From: an uncultured Acetatifactor sp.
Lineage (GTDB): Bacteria; Bacillota; Clostridia; Lachnospirales; Lachnospiraceae
Assembly: GCA_910587555.1 (NCBI GenBank)
Contig: CAJULV010000002.1
Coordinates: forward strand, 62,008-126,007
DNA length: 64,000 nucleotides
Direction of reading: 5' to 3'
In this document: piece after piece, positions 1 to 8,989 of the stretch
Position numbering within the stretch: position 1 is the first letter of the stretch
How the letters are laid out: every line of letters starts with the position of its first letter
Program-made: the position numbers and the translations under genes
Notes under the pieces: model-generated
Databases searched by the model: none
Told to the model about the DNA's origin: nothing
What the model saw: only the letters and a program-made list of their open reading frames with translations

Positions 1-369
1 CTGATCCGTCATCAGCGCGCAGCCCTCGCCGCTTTTGAATACATTCGGCACCGGGCATCCCATATTGATATCGATAATGTCAAAAGGTTCCAGAAGCTCG
101 CTGCATGCCATCCGCTCCATCACCGCGGGGCTGCCGCCCAATAACTGAACCGCCCTGATCTTTTCCTCCTCCGTAGTAAGCAGCAGCCGCTTAGTAGCCC
201 TGTCCTGGTATTTCAACCCGTTGGCGCTGACCATTTCCGTAAAGCACAGTCCTGCCCCCATTTCGTAAGCCAGGATCCGGAACGGGTAACAGGTATACCC
301 CGCAAGCGGAGCCATCATCACGTTGGAGGGCAGAAGCAGGTTTCCCACCCGAAGTTTTCTGATTTCCAT
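1..369 (-). CDS. dusB: tRNA-dihydrouridine synthase, N-terminal part (runs off window start)
   Basis: Hand translation from ATG 369: MEIRKLRVGNLLLPSNVMMAPLAGYT...FTEMVSA...VQLLG...IDINMGCPVPNV..GEGCALM, carrying the Dus motifs; absent from the ORF track. Confidence 0.9.
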   Translation of the reverse strand, partial: MEIRKLRVGNLLLPSNVMMAPLAGYTCYPFRILAYEMGAGLCFTEMVSANGLKYQDRATKRLLLTTEEEKIRAVQLLGGSPAVMERMACSELLEPFDIIDINMGCPVPNVFKSGEGCALMTDQ

Positions 370-495
370 CTGTTGCTTCCCTGTCCTTTCCCGTTTGCCT
401 CCTGTACGCTGCAGGTTACTCTGACAACCTGTCTTACCCGTTCCCATTCCGCCGCCTCGTCGTTTCCCCTCTTCAGAGGTCAAAAATCACAGCAC

Positions 496-957
496 TCATC
501 CCTCGATGGAAATGTATCGAGGCTTCTGCTCCACTGCCTTCGCTTCTTCCCTGGGAAGGTGGAAGGACAGGATACCGTTCTCGTACCTGGGTCGGATGTC
601 CTCCTCCTTTACATGTTCCCCTACATAGAAGCTGCGGCTCATGCTTCCCGCATAACGCTCTCTGCGGATATAGCTGCCATTCTCATTCTTCTCGTCCTTA
701 TCCAGGCTCCTGGAAGCGCTTACGGTCAGACTGCCGTTCTCCAGCTGCATCCTGATCTCGTCCTTCTTGAATCCGGGCAGGTCAATGTCCACCTCATAAC
801 CCTCTTCCGTCTCCTTCACATCCGTCTTCATCAGTTTTCCTGCATGTTTCCCGTACAGCACCCTGTCCGCATCGGAAAATGAACGGAAGGACGGGAATGC
901 GAAATCCTCCATAAAGTTATCAAACAAATCTTCTCTGAAAATACTGGGCATCATCAT
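496..957 (-). CDS. Hsp20/alpha-crystallin small heat-shock protein
   Basis: MKTDVKE, DLPGFKKDEI, YIRRER, YENGIL motifs; AAAGGAG RBS; CIRCE upstream. Confidence 0.95.
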   Translation of the reverse strand: MMMPSIFREDLFDNFMEDFAFPSFRSFSDADRVLYGKHAGKLMKTDVKETEEGYEVDIDLPGFKKDEIRMQLENGSLTVSASRSLDKDEKNENGSYIRRERYAGSMSRSFYVGEHVKEEDIRPRYENGILSFHLPREEAKAVEQKPRYISIEG

Positions 958-1074
958 AAGTCATATCTCCTTTCTGACTGCAAACTCTATTCGCTGTCTT
1001 TGAATGCTTCAAAGTGTTGTCTACCTGAACTGCAGAATCGAGATGTCGTATCTCTCTTCCTTTGTTCTATCTAT

Positions 1075-1103
1075 ACTATAACACTTATATTAGCACTCGT
1101 CAA
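1075..1103 (-). promoter_or_regulatory. sigmaA promoter of hsp20 (TTGACG-N17-TATAGT)
   Basis: -35 at 1103-1098, -10 at 1080-1075, 17-bp spacer. Confidence 0.85.
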
Positions 1104-1116
1104 TAGAGAGTGCTAA
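1090..1116. promoter_or_regulatory. CIRCE operator (HrcA binding site)
   Basis: Exact TTAGCACTC-N9-GAGTGCTAA overlapping the hsp20 -35. Confidence 0.97.
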
Positions 1117-1196
1117 CAATTCTATGAACTTCGAATAAAGATTCCATAAAAAGAATGCCCCAAAAACAGAAAATTGATTCGTTTTGATTCCCATGC

Positions 1197-1370
1197 CTAC
1201 TCTTCCAACCGGCATTCACCGTCCGTCTTTATAATGAATCCCACATTTCCCACACTGCCGTCCGCAGGGATAAAGCCGTTATAGTCCATGGAGTTTATGC
1301 GCAGTTCCTTACCCTCTGCTGCATAAACACCGTTCCAGCTGTCCTGCAAAGCAATATCATGGCTGAAATG
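1197..1370 (-). pseudogene. Probable remnant of a CBM2-like carbohydrate-binding C-terminal domain
   Basis: Frame reads HFSHDIALQDSWNGVYAAEGKELRINSMDYNGFIPADGSVGNVGFIIKTDGECRLEE*; in-frame TGA at 1395-1397 and no convincing RBS/start. Confidence 0.55.
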
Positions 1371-1373
1371 CCC

Positions 1374-1410
1374 AAACTCCCTGCCCGAGCCGCCTCAGAC
1401 AGGGAGTTTT
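1374..1410. terminator. Hairpin terminator downstream of pgm
   Basis: AAACTCCCTG (1374-1383) / CAGGGAGTTT (1400-1409) inverted repeat. Confidence 0.7.
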
Positions 1411-1504
1411 CATTTCCTCTATTCTCTTATTTTTCTGTCGCCGCCGGGCACTGCCTCTATCCCCGCACCCGGCAGGTATTGTCACATGGAAACAGAAAAT
1501 ATTA

Positions 1505-3226
1505 CTACAGCACAGCCTTCAAATCCTCCGTCAGCTGCTCCAGCATGGCCGAAGCATCCTCAAGGCTCTTGCCCTTCACACCCATATAGAATTTAATCTT
1601 CGGCTCGGTTCCGGAAGGACGCGCACAGCACCATGCATCATCGGGAAGTTCGAAATAAAGTACATTAGACTTCGGTAGGCCGGTCTTGCCCTCCTCGCCG
1701 GTAACCATGTCCACACAGCGATCCGTCTGGTAATCCCTGAACTTCAGCACCTGGCGCTCTCCCACTGCCTTGGGCGGATTCTGACGAAGCTTATCCATAA
1801 TCTCCGCAATCTGTCTGGATCCGTCGATGCCCTTCAGGGTGATGGTATACTGGGACTCCTTGTAATAGCCGTATTTCTCATAGGTATCCAGCATCATATC
1901 CCACAGGGTCTTGCCGTGCTTCTTGCAGTAAGCCGCCACTTCGCAGAGACACATAACCGCCACGATGGCATCCTTGTCCCTGGCATGGGTTCCTGCCAGG
2001 CAGCCGTAGCTTTCCTCCAAGCCGAATACATAATTGTTGCTGCCATTGCGCTCGAAAAGCTTAATCTGCTCGCCGATGAACTTGAAGCCTGTCAGCACTT
2101 CAATCAGCTTCACACCGTAATTCTGCGTAATGGGCCTGGTCATATTAGTAGTAACAATGGTCGTCACAAGCGCCGGATTCTCAGGCATGGTGTTGACGGC
2201 GGTTCTCTCTCTCAAAATATACTCCGCAATCAGCATGCCGGACATATTGCCCGTAAAGGATACATACTCCCCTGTCTTGGAGTCCTTGGCGTACACACCG
2301 AGTCTGTCCGCATCCGGGTCGGTTGCCAGTACGATATCCGCATCCTTCTCCTTCGCCAGGCGCAGTGCATAGGTAAATGCCTTGGGATCCTCGGGATTGG
2401 GATAATCCAATGTGGTAAAGTTGGGATCCGGATTCTCCTGCTCGGGTACCACATACACATGCTTGAAGCCCAGCTCGGACAGGATACGCCTTGCGGGAAC
2501 ATTTCCGGTGCCGCACAGCGGTGTGTATACAATCTTGATATCGTCAGCCACTTCGGCGATTATCTCGGGATGGATGATCTGCTTCTTCAGTTCCGCCATA
2601 TAGGCGTCGTCGATCTCTTTGCCGATAACCCGGTAAAGCCCCTTCTCCTGCGCCTCGGCCTTGTCCATGGTCTTCACGGTATGATAGTCCTTGATGGCCT
2701 GGACTTCCTCGATAATCTGCTTATCATAGGGCGCCGTCACCTGTGCGCCGTCCTCCCAGTATACCTTGTAGCCGTTGTATTCAGGCGGATTGTGGCTCGC
2801 CGTTACCACGATGCCCGCGGTACACCCCAGCGTGCGAAGGGCGAAGGAAAGCTCCGGCGTGGGACGAAGCGCATCGAACACATATGCCTTGATGCCGTTG
2901 GCAGCCAGGCACAATGCAGCTACATCCGCAAACTCGGGAGACATCCTCCTGGAATCATAGGCGATGGCAACGCCCTTATCCTGCGTCCCGTTCTTCAGGA
3001 TAAAATTGGCAAGCCCCTGGGTGGCTTTGCGGACCGTGTATATATTCATGCGGTTGGTGCCGGCGCCGATAACCCCCCTCAGGCCTCCGGTACCGAACTC
3101 CAGCTCCTTGTAAAACCGTTCCTCAATCTCCCCCTTGTCGTCCTTGATGGCCAGAAGCTCATCCTTGGTAGCCTGGTCAAAGTAATCATCCTCCAGCCAG
3201 AAATTAAACTCGTCCATAAAACTCAT
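1505..3226 (-). CDS. pgm: Phosphoglucomutase/phosphomannomutase
   Basis: FGTGGLRG, TASHNP phosphoserine, DPDADR metal loop, RPSGTEPKIK; start moved to ATG 3226 with GAGGAG RBS. Confidence 0.95.
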   Translation of the reverse strand: MSFMDEFNFWLEDDYFDQATKDELLAIKDDKGEIEERFYKELEFGTGGLRGVIGAGTNRMNIYTVRKATQGLANFILKNGTQDKGVAIAYDSRRMSPEFADVAALCLAANGIKAYVFDALRPTPELSFALRTLGCTAGIVVTASHNPPEYNGYKVYWEDGAQVTAPYDKQIIEEVQAIKDYHTVKTMDKAEAQEKGLYRVIGKEIDDAYMAELKKQIIHPEIIAEVADDIKIVYTPLCGTGNVPARRILSELGFKHVYVVPEQENPDPNFTTLDYPNPEDPKAFTYALRLAKEKDADIVLATDPDADRLGVYAKDSKTGEYVSFTGNMSGMLIAEYILRERTAVNTMPENPALVTTIVTTNMTRPITQNYGVKLIEVLTGFKFIGEQIKLFERNGSNNYVFGLEESYGCLAGTHARDKDAIVAVMCLCEVAAYCKKHGKTLWDMMLDTYEKYGYYKESQYTITLKGIDGSRQIAEIMDKLRQNPPKAVGERQVLKFRDYQTDRCVDMVTGEEGKTGLPKSNVLYFELPDDAWCCARPSGTEPKIKFYMGVKGKSLEDASAMLEQLTEDLKAVL

Positions 3227-3387
3227 TTCGCTTCTCCTCTTTTCTGCGCGGTTCTTAATTTGAAAAGCATTTTTCCATACCCCATTCCGCACCCATATTC
3301 CGCGCTGCCACGGATGCGCTGCTTTTCCTTATTCTACCATATCCTGTCCGGGATTACCAGACAAAAGAATCTTAAAACCGCAGACTT

Positions 3388-6300
3388 TTACGCCTCTCCC
3401 TCTTCCCTGTGCTTCAGCCATCTGCCCATCATGGCAATCAGCACCGGCACATCCAGCGGCTTCGTCATATGCTCGTTCATACCGGCCTCCCTGCTGGCTG
3501 CGATATCCTCCGCATAAGAGTTTGCCGACAGGGCAATGATAGGAACGGACAGCGCGTCCGCCCTGGGAAGCTTGCGGATGGCACGGGTAGCCTCGTAGCC
3601 GTTCATAACCGGCATCTGAATATCCATGAAAATCAGGTCAAAATACCCTTCCGCCATCTCCCCGAAACGCCTCAGCCCTTCTTTTCCGTCGGACGCACAT
3701 TCCACTGCGGCTCCTGTGGCGCCGATAAGTTCCATGGCAATCTCCTGGTTTATTACATTATCCTCCACCAGAAGCACTCTGTTGCCCCGGAACGCCCCGT
3801 CGGAGAAAGCTTCCTCCTCCCGTGCGGCGTCTCCCGCCGATTCCCCGTCATCCTGCAGCTTCAGAAAAAGAGTGACCGTCACCCTGGTACCTTTCCCCAG
3901 GGTGCTTTCCACATCAATGCTCCCGCCCATCATACGCACGATATTCTGGGCGATGGTCATCCCCAGGCCGGTACCTTCCACCCGGCTGATACGGGAATCC
4001 TCCTCCCGGCTGAAGGGTTCGAAGATGCGTGGGATAAACTCTTCCTTCATGCCTATACCGTTGTCTTCAAATATGAAATCATAGGAGCAGCACCCGTACC
4101 TCCTGGTTTCCCGCTCTATGACGGATAATTCCAGCGAACCGCCGGAAGGCGTAAATTTCACGGAGTTTCCCAATACATTCAGGAATACCTGCCGCAGCCG
4201 CCCCCAGTCCCCGATGACGTCTTCATGTATAAGCTGCATGGGGTGTACCTTCAGTTCCAGACCGTTCTGGGCTACCTCAGGCCGAATGGACTCCGTCACA
4301 TCCTTTACCAGAGCCGACAGTCTGAACGTATCCGCCACCAAATCCACGTTTCCGGACTCTATCTCGTTCATGTCCAGAATCTCGTTCACCAGGGACAGCA
4401 GGTTTGTACTGGAGGAACGGATCTTCCCCAGACAATCCTCCACTCTATGCCTGTCTTCCATATGCTCAGCCGCAATCTGCGTCATGCCGATGATACCGTT
4501 CATGGGCGTCCTGATATCATGACTCATGCGGGATAGAAACTCGCTCTTGGAAGCATTGGCCTGGTTTGCGGCCTCGCAGGCGGCCTGCAGCGCCCGCTGC
4601 TCCCGCATCTCCTTCCGCTTGCTCTCCGTCACATCCTGGGCCACATACACGATATCCTTGGCCCTGCCCTCCGCATCGGCCTGTGCCATTACGGCAGTGG
4701 CGCGAATCCAGCCGAAATCCTCCCCGTCTGTACTCTCGGGCCGCTTTCTGTACGCAAAAGTCACAAAAGGCTGTTCGGGTCCAAGCACCTGGGTCAGATT
4801 ACGGGCGCTCATGGTGTAGAGATAATCCGCCCTGTCCTCCGGATGTACGAAAGTCTCCGCATACGTGCGCAGCGCCGTATTGTACTCTGTCTGCTCTCCC
4901 AGTACCTTCTCCACCTCGCCCAGTTGGTTCACGCTGCGGAACAGATTCCGTTCCAGATCCCCGTAATAGGTGGCAAAAAACATGCTGCTGAGACTGCCGA
5001 TGATACTTGCCTGCTCCTGGGCCTTCTTCCTGCGCTTCTCCTCCTGATACTTCTCTTTGGTGACATCCCTGCCCAGGATATTCACCAGCACCTGGTCGCC
5101 TCTCCGGATATAAGTCACATGCTGCTCCAGCCACTGCACCGGGCTTCCGTTCAGGCGGTACTGACAGATTTCTTCCCTGTAATCCCGCGTCTTCTCCGCC
5201 TGCTCCCGCAGATGAGAAGGCTCCATCACCTTCCGGAAATTGTCCATGTCCTCTTCACGGATGGAGGACTCCAGCGCCCGGTAAAAATACTGTGTATAGC
5301 TTCCCGTACCCACATTGGTTTTAGCGCTCTCATTGAGCCAGAAACGCTCACACTGGTCGCTTTCCAGATGTACCGTGGTCATAACGCCGAATCGGGATTT
5401 CAGAATGGCCGCCATCTGCATATCCCGCTGGGACAGTATCTTCTCCTGGCGCACACGTTCATCCACATCCTGAAGCGCCAGAACCGCATGCCCTTTCGTT
5501 CCCTGATTCCTGCCGAAATAGGCAATCACGGCCACATAACGGCAGCCCTCGCCGTTTCGCCACTGGCAGAGCATATCCATTTTCTGCAGCCCCGTATCCC
5601 TGGCATGGCGCAGCCCCTCCAGGGAGAATTTCCTGGCAAACCGCTCCTGATTATCACGGTCTATATGTTCCCTTATCCTTGAATTCAGCACCACATCCCA
5701 CATGAGCGTCTGAGAATGCCATCCCGCCTGGCTGTACCCGTCCTCCCGGATCAGGTTCACTTTCCCGTCATTCAAATCTATGGAGTATACGCCGAAGTTC
5801 TGTTCTCCCAATGTGCGGGTAACCTCCTGAAGCCGCACGCTGGCCTCGTCCAGTTCCAGGCTCTCCTTCAGCATATCCTGGACATCCTTCATGTAAAGCA
5901 GCACAATCTGTTCCTGCTCCGTATACGCGGAGTCCGGCACCACCTCCATCAGGTTCCAGCGAAACCCGTTGGGAGAACGGCGCCTGTAACTGCAGAACAG
6001 CATTTTCCGCCCCGTGCGCAGAATGCTTTTGAGGTACTCCAAATGTGTAAAGCTTAAGAACCGGTCCCTGTCGTCCGGGTGCAGAATCCCGTTCTCCTTA
6101 AACTGCTTCAGCCATTCGGAAAAAGTGGCCGCCTCGTTGTCGGCAGCCCAATCCTCGGCCGCAGGCTTCACGATATCGTAAGTATTTTTCGTCAGGTTTA
6201 CCCGCAGAATCTTGCGGTAAATGGAACTGACCTCGTCCTTGTGGGGCGCCACGGTGATCACAAACGCAGGAATTTCGTCGCTCCACACAATCCGCTTCGC

Positions 6301-6558
6301 CGAAATATCCATCGCCCTGCCACCGGGTCCCTCACAGCTGACCGTGCGTATCTCCGCCTTATCCCCAATGGTGCGCAGAGGACAGTTGGCGCAGGAATAA
6401 GCCCACATTTTATCACAGGCCATACCCTTCCGCACCTTGGGCAGCAACTGCCTGATCCGGCTGTTGAAATACAGAATTTCATGATTATCTTCCCGGACGA
6501 CGTAAATTCCCGCCGCCGGTATGGAATCCAAAATCTTCTCGTAATCTCTGCTATCCAT
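3388..6558 (-). CDS. Cytoplasmic hybrid sensor histidine kinase/response regulator with PAS-like domains
   Basis: HPDD/HPED PAS motifs, FLSRMSHDIRTPMN H-box, GTGLG, C-terminal receiver (LLVEDN, FMDIQMPVMNG). Confidence 0.93.
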   Translation of the reverse strand: MDSRDYEKILDSIPAAGIYVVREDNHEILYFNSRIRQLLPKVRKGMACDKMWAYSCANCPLRTIGDKAEIRTVSCEGPGGRAMDISAKRIVWSDEIPAFVITVAPHKDEVSSIYRKILRVNLTKNTYDIVKPAAEDWAADNEAATFSEWLKQFKENGILHPDDRDRFLSFTHLEYLKSILRTGRKMLFCSYRRRSPNGFRWNLMEVVPDSAYTEQEQIVLLYMKDVQDMLKESLELDEASVRLQEVTRTLGEQNFGVYSIDLNDGKVNLIREDGYSQAGWHSQTLMWDVVLNSRIREHIDRDNQERFARKFSLEGLRHARDTGLQKMDMLCQWRNGEGCRYVAVIAYFGRNQGTKGHAVLALQDVDERVRQEKILSQRDMQMAAILKSRFGVMTTVHLESDQCERFWLNESAKTNVGTGSYTQYFYRALESSIREEDMDNFRKVMEPSHLREQAEKTRDYREEICQYRLNGSPVQWLEQHVTYIRRGDQVLVNILGRDVTKEKYQEEKRRKKAQEQASIIGSLSSMFFATYYGDLERNLFRSVNQLGEVEKVLGEQTEYNTALRTYAETFVHPEDRADYLYTMSARNLTQVLGPEQPFVTFAYRKRPESTDGEDFGWIRATAVMAQADAEGRAKDIVYVAQDVTESKRKEMREQRALQAACEAANQANASKSEFLSRMSHDIRTPMNGIIGMTQIAAEHMEDRHRVEDCLGKIRSSSTNLLSLVNEILDMNEIESGNVDLVADTFRLSALVKDVTESIRPEVAQNGLELKVHPMQLIHEDVIGDWGRLRQVFLNVLGNSVKFTPSGGSLELSVIERETRRYGCCSYDFIFEDNGIGMKEEFIPRIFEPFSREEDSRISRVEGTGLGMTIAQNIVRMMGGSIDVESTLGKGTRVTVTLFLKLQDDGESAGDAAREEEAFSDGAFRGNRVLLVEDNVINQEIAMELIGATGAAVECASDGKEGLRRFGEMAEGYFDLIFMDIQMPVMNGYEATRAIRKLPRADALSVPIIALSANSYAEDIAASREAGMNEHMTKPLDVPVLIAMMGRWLKHREEGEA

Positions 6559-6676
6559 GTAAGTTCTCCCCGGAAACCGCCTTGCTAATTCCCTGCTTCC
6601 GCTTCTAAAATAATCTGTTCTTATTCTACCATGGAATCACTCAATAATCAAGTTCGGCGGTAAAGCGGGAAAATTT

Positions 6677-8884
6677 TTATACCTTAAGAGAGAAATCGCT
6701 TCTGTCCAAAGAAAAATTGGGATTGAAATAGGGATCCCCTTCCTCCAGGACCGCTTTCCACTTCTCCCTGAATGCTTCGGACTCCCGGTTATAGCGTTGG
6801 GCGCGCTCCCCGTCCGTATCCGGTCCCCTGGATGCCGACTCGTAATGGAACAGCTCGGCAAAGGGCGTAAAGACATTCAGCAGCCCCCTCTCCCGCAGCT
6901 TCAGGCAGAAATCCACATCATTCAGCGAAACCGCAAATTCCTTGTCCAGCCCTCCCACCGCTTCATACAGGCTCTTCTTCACCATCAGGCATGCCCCCGT
7001 CACCGCGCTCACATCCTGGGCATAACACAGGCGTCCCATGTAGCCCAGGTTCTGGCGATGCTGTTTATAGTGAACATGTCCCGCGGTCCTGTGTGCCCCC
7101 AGGCCCACCACCACGCCCGCGTGCTGAATCGTCTTGTCTCCATAGTAAAGCTTTGCCCCCACCGCGCCCACGTCCTGCCTCTGGGCATACATCAGCAGCT
7201 CTTCCATCCAGTTCACGGTGATGACTTCCGTGTCGTTGTTCAGGAGCAGGATGTATTCGCCGGAGGCATGCCTGACGCCCAGGTTATTGATGGCGGAATA
7301 ATGGAAGCTTCCGCGGTAGGTTACAATTGCTATTTTCTCATCCGCACTGCGGAGAACCTCACTTTCCCGTGCCTGTACGGCCGGCCCGCCCGCATCCCCG
7401 CCGGAAGCCCCGTTTCCTTCCGCCGCGGATACATTCTTTCCCCGGGGGGAAGCCCCGATTCCGCTTCCTTCCACCGCGGATACACCCTTTCCCCGGGGGG
7501 AAGCCTCGATTCCGCTTCCTTCCGCCGCGGGTACGCCCTTTCCCTGGGCGGATGAACCGTTTTCCGGGGAAGCCGCCGGCGTGTACTCATATCCAAGCAG
7601 CTGGCTGTAATACCTGGCAATCTCCTCCGTGGTACTGTTGTTCTCCACAATGACAATCTCATAGTTGTCATAGGTGGATTTCTCCAGGATGGAACACACA
7701 CAGCGGCGCAAATCCCCGCAGTGATCCTTATTGGCGATGACCACGGATATCTTCGGCGTACCGATAATCTGGTAACGGATGCGGAAAATGGTCTCGAAGG
7801 CCCTGGTACTCTCAATCTTGAAATGGCGGTATCCGTGCTTGGCCAGGTGTTCCGCCACAGCCCCTTTGGCCGCTTCGATGGCATAGGGCTTGGCCTCGAT
7901 ATTGGATGCCACGGAGCCGGGATGGCTTCTCCAGTAATACATCAGCCGGGGCACATGGACGATTTTACGGGCATTGTCCGTGAGCCGCAGAATCATGTCG
8001 TGGTCCTGGCTGCCGTCGTATTTTTTTCGGAACAGTTCGTTTCCGTCCAGCAGCTCCCTGGAAAAAACGCTGAAATGGCAGATATAATTGTTGGCGCGCA
8101 GATTATCCGGGGCATAGCCCGGCTTAAAATGCATGGTCAGCATACGGTCGATATTGCCGCTTTTAAAGGTGGTTTCGTCGCAGTACAGGTAATCCGCATC
8201 CTGCTCGTTGATTGCCTTTACATATTCGTAGAGTACGCTGGGATGGAGAAGGTCGTCCTGATCCAGCAGCCCGATATATTCTCCCGTTGCCATCTGCAGG
8301 CAGGCGTTGGTGTTCCCCGCTATGCCTTCGTTTTTATCCAGATGCTTATAGACAATCCTGCCTTCCGCCCTGGCGGCATACTCCCTGCAGATATCCCCGA
8401 TATAGCCGTGGGCTTCGTCTGAGCCGTCGGCAAGGCACAGCTCCCAGTTGCGGTAAGTCTGGTTCATGACGGAATCCAGCATTTCAATCTGGAATTCCCT
8501 GGGGTTGTTCCACAGCGGCACCAGGATGCTGATTTTCACCCTGCGCGGAAATACGGCGCTGCCCTCTGCCGCTGCCTGCTCCGGCGAGGGAAAACTTGCC
8601 CTGCCGAACTGCTTCATGGCCTGCCGCTCCCGCTTCTTATATGCCGCCTTGGAAAGCACGCCTCTGGGACCTCCGCAGTTGCGCAGCCTGTCCCGCTGAC
8701 GGATTGTCCAGTGGAGTACATTCCTAGCAGGCTTGCTGGCCTTCCAGAGCGGATTGCCCTTGATACGGTTCAGCTTCCATTCCAGTTCTTCGTTTTTTGC
8801 CTCCAGATCGGCTATCCGCCCCGCCAGGTCGGCGCACTTTAAATGCTCCTGTTCATAGGCTTCCCTGTAATCCGTCTCTCCCAT
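6677..8884 (-). CDS. Double-domain GT2 glycosyltransferase with N-terminal coiled coil (rhamnan/O-antigen type)
   Basis: Two GT2 domains (ELCLADGS...LLDQDD; LLLNNDTE...AVTGACL...NDVDFCL). Confidence 0.9.
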   Translation of the reverse strand: MGETDYREAYEQEHLKCADLAGRIADLEAKNEELEWKLNRIKGNPLWKASKPARNVLHWTIRQRDRLRNCGGPRGVLSKAAYKKRERQAMKQFGRASFPSPEQAAAEGSAVFPRRVKISILVPLWNNPREFQIEMLDSVMNQTYRNWELCLADGSDEAHGYIGDICREYAARAEGRIVYKHLDKNEGIAGNTNACLQMATGEYIGLLDQDDLLHPSVLYEYVKAINEQDADYLYCDETTFKSGNIDRMLTMHFKPGYAPDNLRANNYICHFSVFSRELLDGNELFRKKYDGSQDHDMILRLTDNARKIVHVPRLMYYWRSHPGSVASNIEAKPYAIEAAKGAVAEHLAKHGYRHFKIESTRAFETIFRIRYQIIGTPKISVVIANKDHCGDLRRCVCSILEKSTYDNYEIVIVENNSTTEEIARYYSQLLGYEYTPAASPENGSSAQGKGVPAAEGSGIEASPRGKGVSAVEGSGIGASPRGKNVSAAEGNGASGGDAGGPAVQARESEVLRSADEKIAIVTYRGSFHYSAINNLGVRHASGEYILLLNNDTEVITVNWMEELLMYAQRQDVGAVGAKLYYGDKTIQHAGVVVGLGAHRTAGHVHYKQHRQNLGYMGRLCYAQDVSAVTGACLMVKKSLYEAVGGLDKEFAVSLNDVDFCLKLRERGLLNVFTPFAELFHYESASRGPDTDGERAQRYNRESEAFREKWKAVLEEGDPYFNPNFSLDRSDFSLKV
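7413..7544. repeat. In-frame 51-bp tandem repeat (about 2.5 copies) inside the GT2 gene
   Basis: CCCCGGGGGGAAGCC at 7440 and 7491; encodes GKGVPAAEGSGIEASPR-like units. Confidence 0.85.
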
Positions 8885-8989
8885 ACGATTCCTCTCTCTC
8901 AAACCGCCTTATACTCGTGAACGCATTTAACTGCCGCTTTCAGCTCCGGATTGCCGATGCGTTCACTCGTTATACTGTGCAGACGGCAA

